The notes under the pieces were generated by a model, which saw nothing but the letters and a program-made list of their open reading frames with translations, was not told where the DNA came from and did not search any database. A DNA stretch of 64,000 bases, from assembly GCA_963801165.1 (NCBI GenBank), contig CAWDDT010000011.1, positions 256,001 through 320,000 of the forward strand, in the 5' to 3' direction. The position numbers and the translations under genes were made by a program. Numbering within the stretch: the first letter of the stretch is position 1; each line of letters begins with the position of its first letter. The stretch is from an uncultured bacterium. GTDB taxonomy: Bacteria > Actinomycetota > Acidimicrobiia > Spongiisociales > UBA5794. Shown here one piece after another: positions 9,319-18,912 of this stretch.

Positions 9319-10913
9319 GCGCACATCTCGCACCACTCATCGCAACTGCAGAATCTCAGCCCGCGGGACCGGTCCACGTCGGGCTCGGGTCGGTTGTGCT
9401 CCTCATCGCCGTCGTCTTCTTCCTGACCTGGGTCGGCTACGGCATCATCAACTCCCGCCGGCGTATCCGGGCCTCGGAGAAGCCGGCGCCAAACCAAGAG
9501 TTCTTCATGGACAACGCCCGGTTGGAGAACGACCGGCTCACCCGGGTCTTGACCGCGGCCGTCATCGCCGCCGGCGTCCTCGCCATCGTGCTGCCCCTGT
9601 ACTTCGTCAACGAGACCAACCGCCAGGCCGCAGCAGCGTCTGATATCGCCGACCAGAACGTCGAGGCAGGGGCGCAGTGGTGGTCCAAATTCAGCTGCAC
9701 CACGTGCCACGGCCCGGACGCCGGAGGTGGCGGCGCCACAATCGCAGAACCGCGCTCGGGCCTGAGCGTCAGCTGGGCGGTACCGTCGCTCAACGATGTC
9801 TTCTACCGGTACGACGAGTCCGAGGTGCGGCATTGGATCACATACGGCCGAGCCGGAACCCCCATGCCGGCCAACGGTCTCGAAGGTGGCGGCGCGATGA
9901 CCGTCCAGGAGATCGACCAGGTCATCGCCTATCTGCACAGCATCCAGATCGACCAGGCCGACGCGGTGGCGAAGGCCGACAGCATTGTCGAGACCGCACT
10001 CAACCGGATGGCCAATGCCGAGGACACCATCAACACCAGGATCCTGATCGAGCAGACGAAGCTCGACGACATTCTCGATGGTCCTCGCCGGTTCGGTGTC
10101 ATCCAGAGCATGCCCGACGACATCATCCAGCTGCTCAGCGGAGACGGGACGTGCACGAGCGCCTCAGCGGCGCTGGTCGGCAAGACCTGCGGCTCTCCCG
10201 GCTTCGACGCCGACCGTGACGGCCTCAGCGACGAAGCCGAGACCGGGCTGACCGCGATCGCACAGAAGGCATTTGCCGAGATCGTCACACACACGGTCGA
10301 CACAGCCAATGCCAACGCGATCATTGAGGTCACTGACAAGGGTTTCGATCTGACCTTCGACCCCGCATCCGGGTACACGATGACCGACTCATCGGGAAGC
10401 CCGCTGGCCGACGTGGATGGAGTCAAGGGGATGATCACGCTCATCGATGCCAAGCATCTCGAGCTGTCGCTGCTCAACGATCGCACGGACCAGTTCGCCC
10501 AGCCGGTGCGTGACGGGCTCGCTTTCCTACAGAAGGCACTGGAGCAACGGGCCTGGGACGTCGACTTCGCCGCGGTATCCGACGAGATAGGACTCAGCGA
10601 GGACCAGGCCAAGCGGGCCGTCGGCCTGTTCAACGGATACTGTGCCCGCTGCCACACAGCCGGTTACAACGCCGGTGTTGCCTATGAGCAGGCACCCGGT
10701 TCGGGTGCATGGGCGCCGGCGTTGACCCAGGGACGTGCTATCACCCAGTTCCCGGACGAGCAGGACCACATCAATTTCGTCATCAACGGAACGGAGGCTG
10801 CCAAGGAGTACGGCGTCAACGGGATCAGCAGCGTCGGCGGCATGCCGGGATGGGGAGCTCTGCTTTCTCAGGATGACATCGATTTGATCGTCAAGTATGA
10901 GAGGTCGCTGTGA
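9315..10913 (+). CDS. Membrane-anchored diheme cytochrome c (Geobacter ExtM/QcrC-like role)
   Basis: Two N-terminal TM helices; CTTCH with distal TPMPA and CARCH with distal GGMPG; GTGA overlap with the Rieske gene. Confidence 0.9.
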   Translation: MSAHLAPLIATAESQPAGPVHVGLGSVVLLIAVVFFLTWVGYGIINSRRRIRASEKPAPNQEFFMDNARLENDRLTRVLTAAVIAAGVLAIVLPLYFVNETNRQAAAASDIADQNVEAGAQWWSKFSCTTCHGPDAGGGGATIAEPRSGLSVSWAVPSLNDVFYRYDESEVRHWITYGRAGTPMPANGLEGGGAMTVQEIDQVIAYLHSIQIDQADAVAKADSIVETALNRMANAEDTINTRILIEQTKLDDILDGPRRFGVIQSMPDDIIQLLSGDGTCTSASAALVGKTCGSPGFDADRDGLSDEAETGLTAIAQKAFAEIVTHTVDTANANAIIEVTDKGFDLTFDPASGYTMTDSSGSPLADVDGVKGMITLIDAKHLELSLLNDRTDQFAQPVRDGLAFLQKALEQRAWDVDFAAVSDEIGLSEDQAKRAVGLFNGYCARCHTAGYNAGVAYEQAPGSGAWAPALTQGRAITQFPDEQDHINFVINGTEAAKEYGVNGISSVGGMPGWGALLSQDDIDLIVKYERSL

Positions 10914-11419
10914 GCCTGCGGAGCTTCACCAGGAACCTGGCCAGCGATGAACGCGGCATGAGCACCCTCGAGAAGATGGGTCTGTTCTCCGCCGTCTTCG
11001 TGATTCTGATCTTCATCCCCGCGGTGCGCCACGTCTTCGGCAGCCTCTTCAACGTGACCCTCGGCCAGGTCGACGCTAACGGGGATCTCACGGGCGCCGC
11101 CGTCGCGATGCGGGGCATCCTCATCGTGGCGGTCGCGCTGGTCGCCTTTGCCGGCTCCGGGATCCTCCTGCTCTACACGAACCTGGGAAAACGACTTGCC
11201 TTCCTGATCGCCGGCGCTGCCACCTTCGGTTGGATGGCCATAGGCTCCACCTTGTTCATCGTCTATGCGCCCCGCGCCCTGCGCCCCGCCAACCTGACAG
11301 GTCTAAACGCGTTCCAGTTCCGTGTCCCGGCAATCGCGCTCACTCTGGGGACATTCATCCTGTTCTTGATGTTCGTCGCGGCCCTGGACCGGTACGACAA
11401 GGAACAGGGCGACGTCTGA
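10910..11419 (+). CDS. Hypothetical membrane protein with a Flp/prepilin-like N-terminus
   Basis: GTGA-coupled to the cytochrome c gene; 4 hydrophobic segments; N-terminus DERG|MSTLE. Confidence 0.7.
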   Translation: MSLRSFTRNLASDERGMSTLEKMGLFSAVFVILIFIPAVRHVFGSLFNVTLGQVDANGDLTGAAVAMRGILIVAVALVAFAGSGILLLYTNLGKRLAFLIAGAATFGWMAIGSTLFIVYAPRALRPANLTGLNAFQFRVPAIALTLGTFILFLMFVAALDRYDKEQGDV

Positions 11420-11477
11420 TCGTCGCCTTCGGTGGCGATCAGATTCGAGATCCGCTTCGCTGAACCCGGTTCGTAGG

Positions 11478-12806
11478 TCAGCGCCTCGCCTGCTCGATGA
11501 TGGGCCGCAGCAACTCTTCCAGCGACGGGCCCTTCCTCACCTCTAGCTCGTAGAAGACCCGGGTCCGGGGGACGTCACCGAGGTCGACGACACCGGCCAG
11601 ATCGATGGGGGTCCCGATGACGATGCCTTCGGGCGCTGCCGCGGCGATCGTCTCCTGCAGCTCCTTGCGTTGCACGTCGCTGTAGCCCATCGCCGGCAAC
11701 ACCGCGCCGATGTGGGGGTACTTCTCGAATACCCCGACCAGCGAGCCCACCACAAAAGGTCGCGGGTCGATGAGCTCGCCGGCACCGTGTTGGCGGGCGG
11801 CGACGACACCCGCACCGAACGGCATCTCACCGTGAGTGATGGTCGGCCCGTCGTCGAGGACCAGCACCCGCTTGCCCGTGATCACCGATGGATCGTCGAC
11901 GGCGATCGGTGAGGCAGCCTCGATCACTGTGGCACGGGGCGCCAGCGCGGCAACGTTGCGACGCACCTCGGCGAGCCCGTCGGCCGGTGCCGAGTCGACC
12001 TTGTTGATGATCACGACGTCTGCTCTACGCAGGTTCGCCTCGCCCGGCCAGTAGCGCAGCTCGTGCCCGGCCCGGAACGGATCGACGACACAGAAACCGA
12101 GGTCGACGTGATAGAAGGGCAGATCGTTGTTGCCGCCGTCCCAGACGATCACATCGGCTTCCTGCTCGGCGGCCGCAAGGATCTCGCCGTAGTCGACCCC
12201 GGCGAAGATGACCGCCCCCTGACGGACGTACGGCTCGTATTCCTCGCGCTCCTCGATCGTGACGTCGGCGGCATCGAGATCGGCGAACGAGCCGAACCGC
12301 TGCAGCCTTTGCGCGTTCAGATCGCCGTAGGGCATCGGGTGCCGGATGGCCGCCACCCGGATCCCGGCGTCGGTCAGGATTGTCCTAATGAGCCGGCTCG
12401 TCTGACTCTTGCCGGCACCGGTCCTCGTCGCAGTGATGGCCACTACAGGTTTGTTCGACCGTATCAGTGCCGCGTCACCAGGGACACCAAACGATGCCCC
12501 CGCAGCGACGGATCTGGCTGCAAGATGCATCACGTGCTCGTGAGTGACGTCCGAGTAGGAGAACAAGACGTGATCGACGTCGAGTTCTCCGATCAGCCGT
12601 TCCAGGTCGTCCTCGGCGAAGATCGGGACCCCTTCCGGATAGAGACGACCTGCCAGCTCCGGCGGGTAGATCCGGTCGGTGATGTCGGGGATCTGAGTTG
12701 CGGTGAACCCCACGACGCGGTAGTCGGGATTGTCCCGGTAGAGCGTATTGAAGTTGTGGAAGTCACGTCCGGCCGCACCAAGAATCAACACCCGAGTCGT
12801 CATCAC
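11478..12806 (-). CDS. COG2403 P-loop protein (annotated cyclic 2,3-diphosphoglycerate synthetase-like/GTPase; arginine synthetase ArcE-like)
   Basis: GAAGRDFHNFN, FTATQIP, RTGAGKSQT, IRHPMPYGDL, TIEEREEYE, WDGGNNDLPF, DGPTITHG and LPAMGY motifs. Confidence 0.85.
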   Translation of the reverse strand: MMTTRVLILGAAGRDFHNFNTLYRDNPDYRVVGFTATQIPDITDRIYPPELAGRLYPEGVPIFAEDDLERLIGELDVDHVLFSYSDVTHEHVMHLAARSVAAGASFGVPGDAALIRSNKPVVAITATRTGAGKSQTSRLIRTILTDAGIRVAAIRHPMPYGDLNAQRLQRFGSFADLDAADVTIEEREEYEPYVRQGAVIFAGVDYGEILAAAEQEADVIVWDGGNNDLPFYHVDLGFCVVDPFRAGHELRYWPGEANLRRADVVIINKVDSAPADGLAEVRRNVAALAPRATVIEAASPIAVDDPSVITGKRVLVLDDGPTITHGEMPFGAGVVAARQHGAGELIDPRPFVVGSLVGVFEKYPHIGAVLPAMGYSDVQRKELQETIAAAAPEGIVIGTPIDLAGVVDLGDVPRTRVFYELEVRKGPSLEELLRPIIEQARR

Positions 12807-12922
12807 GCCTCCTGCGCTCTATACATTTATGCAGTATGGCACGATGGAGGGGGAAAGGGAACGGGCCATAAGGCCCTTTGCCCGGATCGTCAGGGTGAGA
12901 GTCTGAACCGCTCCCACGGGAT

Positions 12923-13585
12923 CTACTCGCTGTGCACGTAGTCGCCGACGCTCAAGTGGTAGGCGAGGATCTGGAGCTCCGTTGACAGGTCGACCCTACG
13001 TACATGCGCCTCACCACAAACCTTGAGGACAGCGGGCGCGAAGTTGAGGATCGATAGGACGCCGGCCGCGACCAATCTGTCGGCGACACCCTGGGCAGCA
13101 GCGGCCGGTGTGGCGATGATTCCAATCGAGACGTTCTGGTCACGAACCGTCTGCTCCAGATCCTCCATCGAGGAGACCAGGACCGAGTTCACCAGATCCC
13201 CCACCTTCATCCCGTCGATATCGAACAGCGCGACGATCTCGAAGCCGCTTTCCAGGAAGCCCGGATAGACGGTCAACGCACGGCCCAGATTGCCCGCACC
13301 GACAATCGCAACGCGGTAGCACCTGGTCAGGCCGAGCTCGCGGCGGAGCAGGTTTCGCAACATCGAGCGGTTGTACCCGACGCCGCGCACACCAGGTGCG
13401 GCGAGATACGAAAGGTCTTTGCGAACCTGCGCAGGGTTGACCCCGGCGAGAAGCGCCAGGTCATCTGACGAGCATGTCGTCCGATCGGCGTCCATCTCGA
13501 TCAGCGAGCGCAGATACAACGGCAATCGCGCCACGGTCGCCGCGGGCAGGCTTCCCTTCATGAGGTTGAGGGTAGTGGCGCGCAC
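12923..13585 (-). CDS. rex: Redox-sensing transcriptional repressor Rex
   Basis: ATVARLPLYLR, AQVRKDLS, GVGY, IVGAGNLG and ILNFAP motifs. Confidence 0.93.
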   Translation of the reverse strand: MRATTLNLMKGSLPAATVARLPLYLRSLIEMDADRTTCSSDDLALLAGVNPAQVRKDLSYLAAPGVRGVGYNRSMLRNLLRRELGLTRCYRVAIVGAGNLGRALTVYPGFLESGFEIVALFDIDGMKVGDLVNSVLVSSMEDLEQTVRDQNVSIGIIATPAAAAQGVADRLVAAGVLSILNFAPAVLKVCGEAHVRRVDLSTELQILAYHLSVGDYVHSE

Positions 13586-13727
13586 GTTGGGCCAAATCCC
13601 GGCAGCGACAGCGCACGAGGTCCACGCCCATCGGGGACTTTCGGCCCTAATGCGCCAATGCGCATACCACTATTTTCGCTGCCGGGTGCTTCTGCGCCAG
13701 GTGGAATGAGACCGTGGGGAAGAGACC

Positions 13728-14135
13728 ATGCCAAGGAAACTGCTGATTCTGATCGCCGTAGCGGCACTCGCTTTCGCCTCGTGTGGCGGGGGCGACAAGG
13801 ACGCGGACGACTCGGGCGGTGCCAGCGACGCACCCCCGGTTTCGGTAGCGGCACCCGACGCGGGCCATGGCGAGGAGCTGTTCGAGGCGACGTGTCTGGC
13901 TTGCCACGGTCAGCGCGGTGTAGGGATTGCAGGTCTCGGCAAGGACATGCAGACGAGCACGTTCATCAGGGGCATATCCGATGAGGATCTCGTCGCGTTC
14001 GTCACCAAGGGCCGGCCCACAAGCGATCCGCTGAACACGACAGGTGTCGAGATGCCGGCGCGAGGCGGAAACAAGGACCTCAGCGATCAGGATCTGTTCG
14101 ACATCGTTGCGTACATTCGGACGGTGCAGTCGTAA
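13728..14135 (+). CDS. Monoheme cytochrome c lipoprotein
   Basis: Lipobox LAFASC, CLACH heme motif and distal EMPARGG. Confidence 0.9.
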   Translation: MPRKLLILIAVAALAFASCGGGDKDADDSGGASDAPPVSVAAPDAGHGEELFEATCLACHGQRGVGIAGLGKDMQTSTFIRGISDEDLVAFVTKGRPTSDPLNTTGVEMPARGGNKDLSDQDLFDIVAYIRTVQS

Positions 14136-14202
14136 CCACAACGCATTATGAGACCGTTGAAGAACCCAAGTTCAGGCGCGCGGCCGCCGGCCCTCTGTTG
14201 CT

Positions 14203-14472
14203 TCAGGACCGCCACAAGGCCCAAACCAGCTGCGCCGTAGTAAACGTCCCCTCCGCAACGACCCGGCCGCGTTGGTCGAGCACGACCGGGATTCTCAGGT
14301 GGTACTCATCCTCGAGAGCGCGGTCCGTGCTGACGTCGCTCACCACTACGTCACGCCGGAGCCAGCGACACACCCGGCGGACCCTGGGCAACGCCTCGTC
14401 GCACAGCCCGCACCCGGGACGGGTCAGGAACACGATGTGCCTGCGCCGCCGACCCGCGCTCGGAGCATCCAT
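14203..14472 (-). CDS. Glutaredoxin-like protein (DUF836 type)
   Basis: TRPGCGLCDEA and YHLRIPVV motifs. Confidence 0.8.
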   Translation of the reverse strand: MDAPSAGRRRRHIVFLTRPGCGLCDEALPRVRRVCRWLRRDVVVSDVSTDRALEDEYHLRIPVVLDQRGRVVAEGTFTTAQLVWALWRS

Positions 14473-14541
14473 TAGGGTGTCCCGACCATGCGACCCGCCA
14501 CAGCCGCCGTGCTCCTCTTCCTCCTCGTGCTCATCCTCGGC

Positions 14542-15405
14542 TCATCGCTGATCTGGATGACCAGGAGCTTCTGAGACACCCGCGATCCGCAGCGAGGGCA
14601 AGCCGGAGCGGATGGTCACCGCCGTCTTCTCCCCCACCGGGAACGAGTCGACCGCTCTCCCATTGCGGACCGCTACCGCGATCTGGCCATAGCTGTCCAC
14701 GTGGAGCAGGCCCTCCCCCTCCTCGACATCGCCGTAGGCGGCGACCCAATCGATCGCGAACTCCGCAGCTCCCACCTTCAAGACCGCGGCGGTTCGCATC
14801 CCGATGCCGACGAGCTGCAGATCATCGGGCGTGATGTTGAGCTGTGCATTTCCGAAGTGGTCGACCCACAACACCTCCCCTGTCACGCTTCTCTCTTCGT
14901 GCTGGACGAGCGGCAACGTCATCGGGGTCAGCGCGTTGGTGTCGACTGCCGGTCCGAGCTCCTCCAGTGTGGCCTGGCCGCCGGCGATCACGGCCGCCGC
15001 AGGACCAAAAAGGTCACGCCCGTCGAACGTCGCTCCCGGCGCAGGCAACTTGACCTCAGGGTTCTCGATCGAGACGGCGCGGCGCGCCCCGCCCGCCATC
15101 GCCGCCGCGGGAGCGAGGACGCCGTTGTCGGGTCCGATCAGCACCCCCCACTCAGTGTCCACCGCAATCGCCTTCCGGCCGGTTCCCACTCCCGGGTCGA
15201 TGACGACGAGTGCCACCCCCTGCGGCAGGTATTGGATCGCCCGCATCAGGGCCAGTCCGCCGGCGCGGACATCGCCCTGAGCAAACTCGTGACCGATGTC
15301 GATGACCCTCACCTCGGGGGCGATGCGGGCGATGACGCCATGGACGACACCAACAAACTCGTCGTCGTGGCCGAAGTCCGACATGAAGGAGATGGGAACG
15401 TTCAT
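14542..15405 (-). CDS. SAM hydroxide adenosyltransferase / SAM-dependent halogenase family (DUF62)
   Basis: SDFG, IDPGVGTGR, GPDNG, TFDGRDLF and VDHFGN motifs. Confidence 0.92.
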   Translation of the reverse strand: MNVPISFMSDFGHDDEFVGVVHGVIARIAPEVRVIDIGHEFAQGDVRAGGLALMRAIQYLPQGVALVVIDPGVGTGRKAIAVDTEWGVLIGPDNGVLAPAAAMAGGARRAVSIENPEVKLPAPGATFDGRDLFGPAAAVIAGGQATLEELGPAVDTNALTPMTLPLVQHEERSVTGEVLWVDHFGNAQLNITPDDLQLVGIGMRTAAVLKVGAAEFAIDWVAAYGDVEEGEGLLHVDSYGQIAVAVRNGRAVDSFPVGEKTAVTIRSGLPSLRIAGVSEAPGHPDQR

Positions 15406-15430
15406 CGGCCCGATCCTAGGAGTGCCACGA

Positions 15431-15841
15431 TCAGGTGGTCACGGTCAGCTCCACCTTGATGCGGTCGGGATCCTCGAAGAACACCGCATAGCTGTCACCA
15501 CCCCCGGCATTCGGATGCCGGTCCGGATAAAGGATCGTGATGCCCCGCTCGATGAGCTGAGCCGTCAGGGCATCAACGGCCTCGCGGCTCCCGGCGTGAA
15601 ACGCCACGTGGTTGAGACCAACCCGCTTTCGGTGATAGCCCGGCGTGGCGAACTCGTCGTCGACCTGCACCAACACCAGGTACATCGCGCCGAGCCGGTA
15701 GCTGACACCACCGTCCCACTCCTGGTATCTGACGTAGCCGAGCTCGCCGAGCAACCACTCCCAGAACTTCGCCGACCGCTCGAGATTGCTCACATACAGC
15801 TCGATGTGGCTGAGCGTTCCGCGGTCCGGCATGGTGGACAA
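15431..15841 (-). CDS. VOC/glyoxalase family protein
   Basis: HIELYVSNLERS, GLNHVAF and YAVFFEDPDRIKVEL motifs. Confidence 0.9.
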   Translation of the reverse strand: MSTMPDRGTLSHIELYVSNLERSAKFWEWLLGELGYVRYQEWDGGVSYRLGAMYLVLVQVDDEFATPGYHRKRVGLNHVAFHAGSREAVDALTAQLIERGITILYPDRHPNAGGGDSYAVFFEDPDRIKVELTVTT

Positions 15842-15993
15842 GCTACTGCATCCCTGCGACAGCTCGGAGCACGGCTGCCCGCATGGCAGAAACTGGCGTC
15901 GATGTGCCGTTGCGGATGCACCCGCCCGCCGAAAACGCTACCTTTGGCTCCCTGGCAGCTCCGGCTGCCCACAAGGAAGGCAGGAGGCAATCC

Positions 15994-17739
15994 ATGAAGA
16001 CAGCTAGACGTTTAGCCGTGTTGCTGTTCGTGCTCGCCCTCGTCGCAGCCGCGTGCGGTGGCGACGACAACGGTTCTGCGGGCACCACGACAACCAGCGC
16101 GGAAACAACGACCACTGCGATGGTCGAGCAAACCACGACCACTGCAATGGTCGAGCAAACCACGACCACTGCGATGACCGAACACACCGGCGGCACGATC
16201 ATCATCGGCACCACCGATACGATCGCTTCGCTCGACCCGGCCGACGCTTACTCGATCCACGACTGGGAGCTGCTCTCGAACATCAACGAGGGTCTGCTGA
16301 AGTTCAAGCCCGGTACGGTTGATCTCGAGCCCGCGCTCGCAACCGACATGCCGACGATCTCCGACGACGGTCTCACTTACACCTTCACCCTGAAGGACGG
16401 GATCATGTTCGGTGACGGCACGCCACTGACTGCGACCGACTACGCGGCACAGCTCAACCGGCTGCTGGCCCCAGGCCCAGGTCCCGATTGCCCCAACGGG
16501 GTGGCCGGCGCACTGGCGCAGCCGTTCGTGGAAAGCATCACGGCTCCCGACGCCAGCACGATCGTGTTCCAGCTCACCCGACCGGTGGGTTTCTTCAACG
16601 ACATCGTGGCCCGTCCGACCTACTTCCCGGCCGACCCGAACATCTACCCCGCCGACGAGTGCGTGCTGTTCCCAGAGGCACCCGTGTACGGAACCGGGCC
16701 GTGGTTCATCAGCGAGTACACCCAGAACGAGCAGGCAGTCCTGGAGCCGAACCCCTATTACACCGGGGACCTGAAGCCCCAGGCTGACCAGATCATCGTC
16801 CGCTACTTCTCGGATCCGCAGACAATGGCGCTGGCGATCCAGAACGGTGAGATCGACATCGCATGGCGGTTCCTCGGTCCCCAGCTGATCGGTCAGCTGC
16901 AGGACGCCGGTGGGCTCAACATCGGTACCGTGTCGGGTGGTGGGATCAGGTATCTGATCATCAACCACACGATGGCTCCGTTTGACGACCCCAACGTGCG
17001 CAAGGCGGTGGCCTCGCTCATCGACCGTGACGAGATCGCCGACGTCGTGTTCGGTGGCCAGGTCGACCCGCTCTACACCATGCTCCCCGATGGGTTCCTC
17101 GGCCAGAAGCCGTCCTTCGACGACATCTTCGCCGCCCCCAACGTGGACGCAGCCAAGACGTTCCTCGCAGACTCCGGTTACGACGAGAACAACCATCTGC
17201 AGATCGACCTGTGGTACCCACCTGAGCACTACGGAGCGGAGACGGCCGACTGGATGGCGCTGATCCAACAGCAGCTCGAAGCGAGCGGCGTGATCGACGT
17301 CAACCTCCAGTCCCAGGAGTGGAGCACCTATGTGACCAACCTCACAGGGGGCGACTCCTACCCGGCCGGAGTACTCGGATGGTTCTTCGATTACCCGGAC
17401 CCCTCCAACTATCTGGAGCCGTTCGTGTTCAACGGAGGTGAGGGGACCAACGTCACGGATGCCGACACCAACGAGCCGCTGACGGACGACGCAAGTCAGT
17501 TGGTTGACCTGCTCAATCAGGCGTCGACGGAGACCGACACGGCGGCAAGGGCGGATCTGTACGGTCAGATCCAGGACCTGTACGCCAACATGGTCGTAAC
17601 CCTGCCGATCGTCATCGTGTCCGAACACGTCGTGTTCCCGGACTACATCTCAGGGGCTGCCGACCAGGCCACTCCTGACACGTTGAACATCGGACCGGCG
17701 TTCGACCTCAACTACTCGCTGCTCAGCACGAGTAAGTAG
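15994..17739 (+). CDS. ABC transporter substrate-binding lipoprotein, family 5 (Dpp/Opp)
   Basis: Start reset to ATG 15994 after the RBS aggagg. Lipobox VAAAC, SLDPA, SDDGLTYTFTLKDG, GTGPW and PFDDPNVRKA. Confidence 0.93.
   Translation: MKTARRLAVLLFVLALVAAACGGDDNGSAGTTTTSAETTTTAMVEQTTTTAMVEQTTTTAMTEHTGGTIIIGTTDTIASLDPADAYSIHDWELLSNINEGLLKFKPGTVDLEPALATDMPTISDDGLTYTFTLKDGIMFGDGTPLTATDYAAQLNRLLAPGPGPDCPNGVAGALAQPFVESITAPDASTIVFQLTRPVGFFNDIVARPTYFPADPNIYPADECVLFPEAPVYGTGPWFISEYTQNEQAVLEPNPYYTGDLKPQADQIIVRYFSDPQTMALAIQNGEIDIAWRFLGPQLIGQLQDAGGLNIGTVSGGGIRYLIINHTMAPFDDPNVRKAVASLIDRDEIADVVFGGQVDPLYTMLPDGFLGQKPSFDDIFAAPNVDAAKTFLADSGYDENNHLQIDLWYPPEHYGAETADWMALIQQQLEASGVIDVNLQSQEWSTYVTNLTGGDSYPAGVLGWFFDYPDPSNYLEPFVFNGGEGTNVTDADTNEPLTDDASQLVDLLNQASTETDTAARADLYGQIQDLYANMVVTLPIVIVSEHVVFPDYISGAADQATPDTLNIGPAFDLNYSLLSTSK
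16108..16176 (+). repeat. 27-bp coding tandem repeat (about 2.5 copies; TTTTAMVEQ linker)
   Basis: acgaccactgc(g/a)atggtcgagcaaacc repeated at 16108, 16135 and 16162. Confidence 0.85.
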
Positions 17740-17745
17740 AACCCA

Positions 17746-17778
17746 GCGAGGGGGCGGGCCGACGGCCCGCCCCCTCGC
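17746..17778 (+). terminator. Perfect 15-bp GC hairpin after the SBP gene (terminator/mRNA stabiliser)
   Basis: gcgagggggcgggcc-gac-ggcccgccccctcgc. Confidence 0.75.
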
Positions 17779-17800
17779 CCAACGCCACACCCCATAAATC

Positions 17801-18898
17801 GTGTCGCCACTCGCCCTAATCTTTCTCATTGTCGGTATCCCGGCACTGGCCGGGCTGATCTACATATTTGTCAGAGGCTCCTCGGGGCTCCGCCGCTTCA
17901 TCATCACCCGCATCGCGCTCACCCTGCCCATGGTGTTCATCCTGGCGAGCCTCGTCTTTTTCGTGATGCACATACTGCCGGGGGACCCCATCACCTCAGC
18001 CCTCGGTCCCAAGGGCGACCCCGCCACCATCGCCCGGATTCAGGACCAGCTTGGCCTCAACGACCCCCTCGTTGTCCAGTACGGCCGATTCCTCGGCGAT
18101 GTGGTGACCCTCAACTTTGGTGATTCACTCACCGGGGGCCATCGACCCGTCCTCGACGAGATGAGCGAGCGCTTCCCCGCCACTTTGGAACTGGTGATCC
18201 CGGCCGCGCTACTCGCCCTCATCCTGGGCATCGTCGGCGGTGCGCTTGCGGCGTCGCGGCGAAAACGGACCACCGACTACGGGCTACGCATCTATTCGGT
18301 GGTGATCTACTCAATTCCTATCTTCTGGCTAGGTCTGATGCTCCAACTCATCTTTGGCCTGAAGCTCGGGTGGTTCCCTATCTCCGGGCGGATCGACGCG
18401 GTGGTGTCCACAGGTCTGCACCGGGTGACCAACATTCTCCTCATCGACTCGATACTGGCCTGGAACTGGACCGCGTTCCGCTCCGTGGTGTGGCACCTGG
18501 TGCTCCCCACGGCCACTCTCGGCTTGATCCTGTCCGGGGTCTTCGTCCGTCTCACCCGGATCAACGTGATCGAGACCCTGCAGATGGACTACATCGAAGC
18601 CGCCCGCGCCCGCGGCATCCGGGAACGGGTCGTGGTGTACAGCCACGCCCTGCGCAACGCCCTGATCCCCGTGGTGACCCTGATCGGCCTACAGGTCGCC
18701 ATCCTCCTCGCCGGGGCGGTCCTCACCGAGACCGTCTTCTCCTGGCCGGGGATGGGCCAGTACCTGGTGCAGCGGATCTCGGCCCGTGACTACACCGCCG
18801 TGCAGAGCGTGATCACCATGTTCGCCCTGATGGTGGCCGTGATCAGCCTGGCGATGGACATCGTGTACTCCCTGGTCGATCCGCGAGTCCGGTACTAA
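17801..18898 (+). CDS. Peptide ABC transporter permease (DppB/OppB-like)
   Basis: LPGDP, FPATLEL, DYIEAARARG...HALRNALIP and TETVFSWPGMG motifs. Confidence 0.93.
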   Translation: MSPLALIFLIVGIPALAGLIYIFVRGSSGLRRFIITRIALTLPMVFILASLVFFVMHILPGDPITSALGPKGDPATIARIQDQLGLNDPLVVQYGRFLGDVVTLNFGDSLTGGHRPVLDEMSERFPATLELVIPAALLALILGIVGGALAASRRKRTTDYGLRIYSVVIYSIPIFWLGLMLQLIFGLKLGWFPISGRIDAVVSTGLHRVTNILLIDSILAWNWTAFRSVVWHLVLPTATLGLILSGVFVRLTRINVIETLQMDYIEAARARGIRERVVVYSHALRNALIPVVTLIGLQVAILLAGAVLTETVFSWPGMGQYLVQRISARDYTAVQSVITMFALMVAVISLAMDIVYSLVDPRVRY

Positions 18899-18912
18899 GA
18901 GGAGGTGAGACG

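Noticed and set aside
14542-15405. Fluorinase/chlorinase
   Set aside because: It retains the DUF62 hydrolase-like DPGVG and TFxGRD motifs and has no secondary-metabolite context, so halogenase activity cannot be supported.
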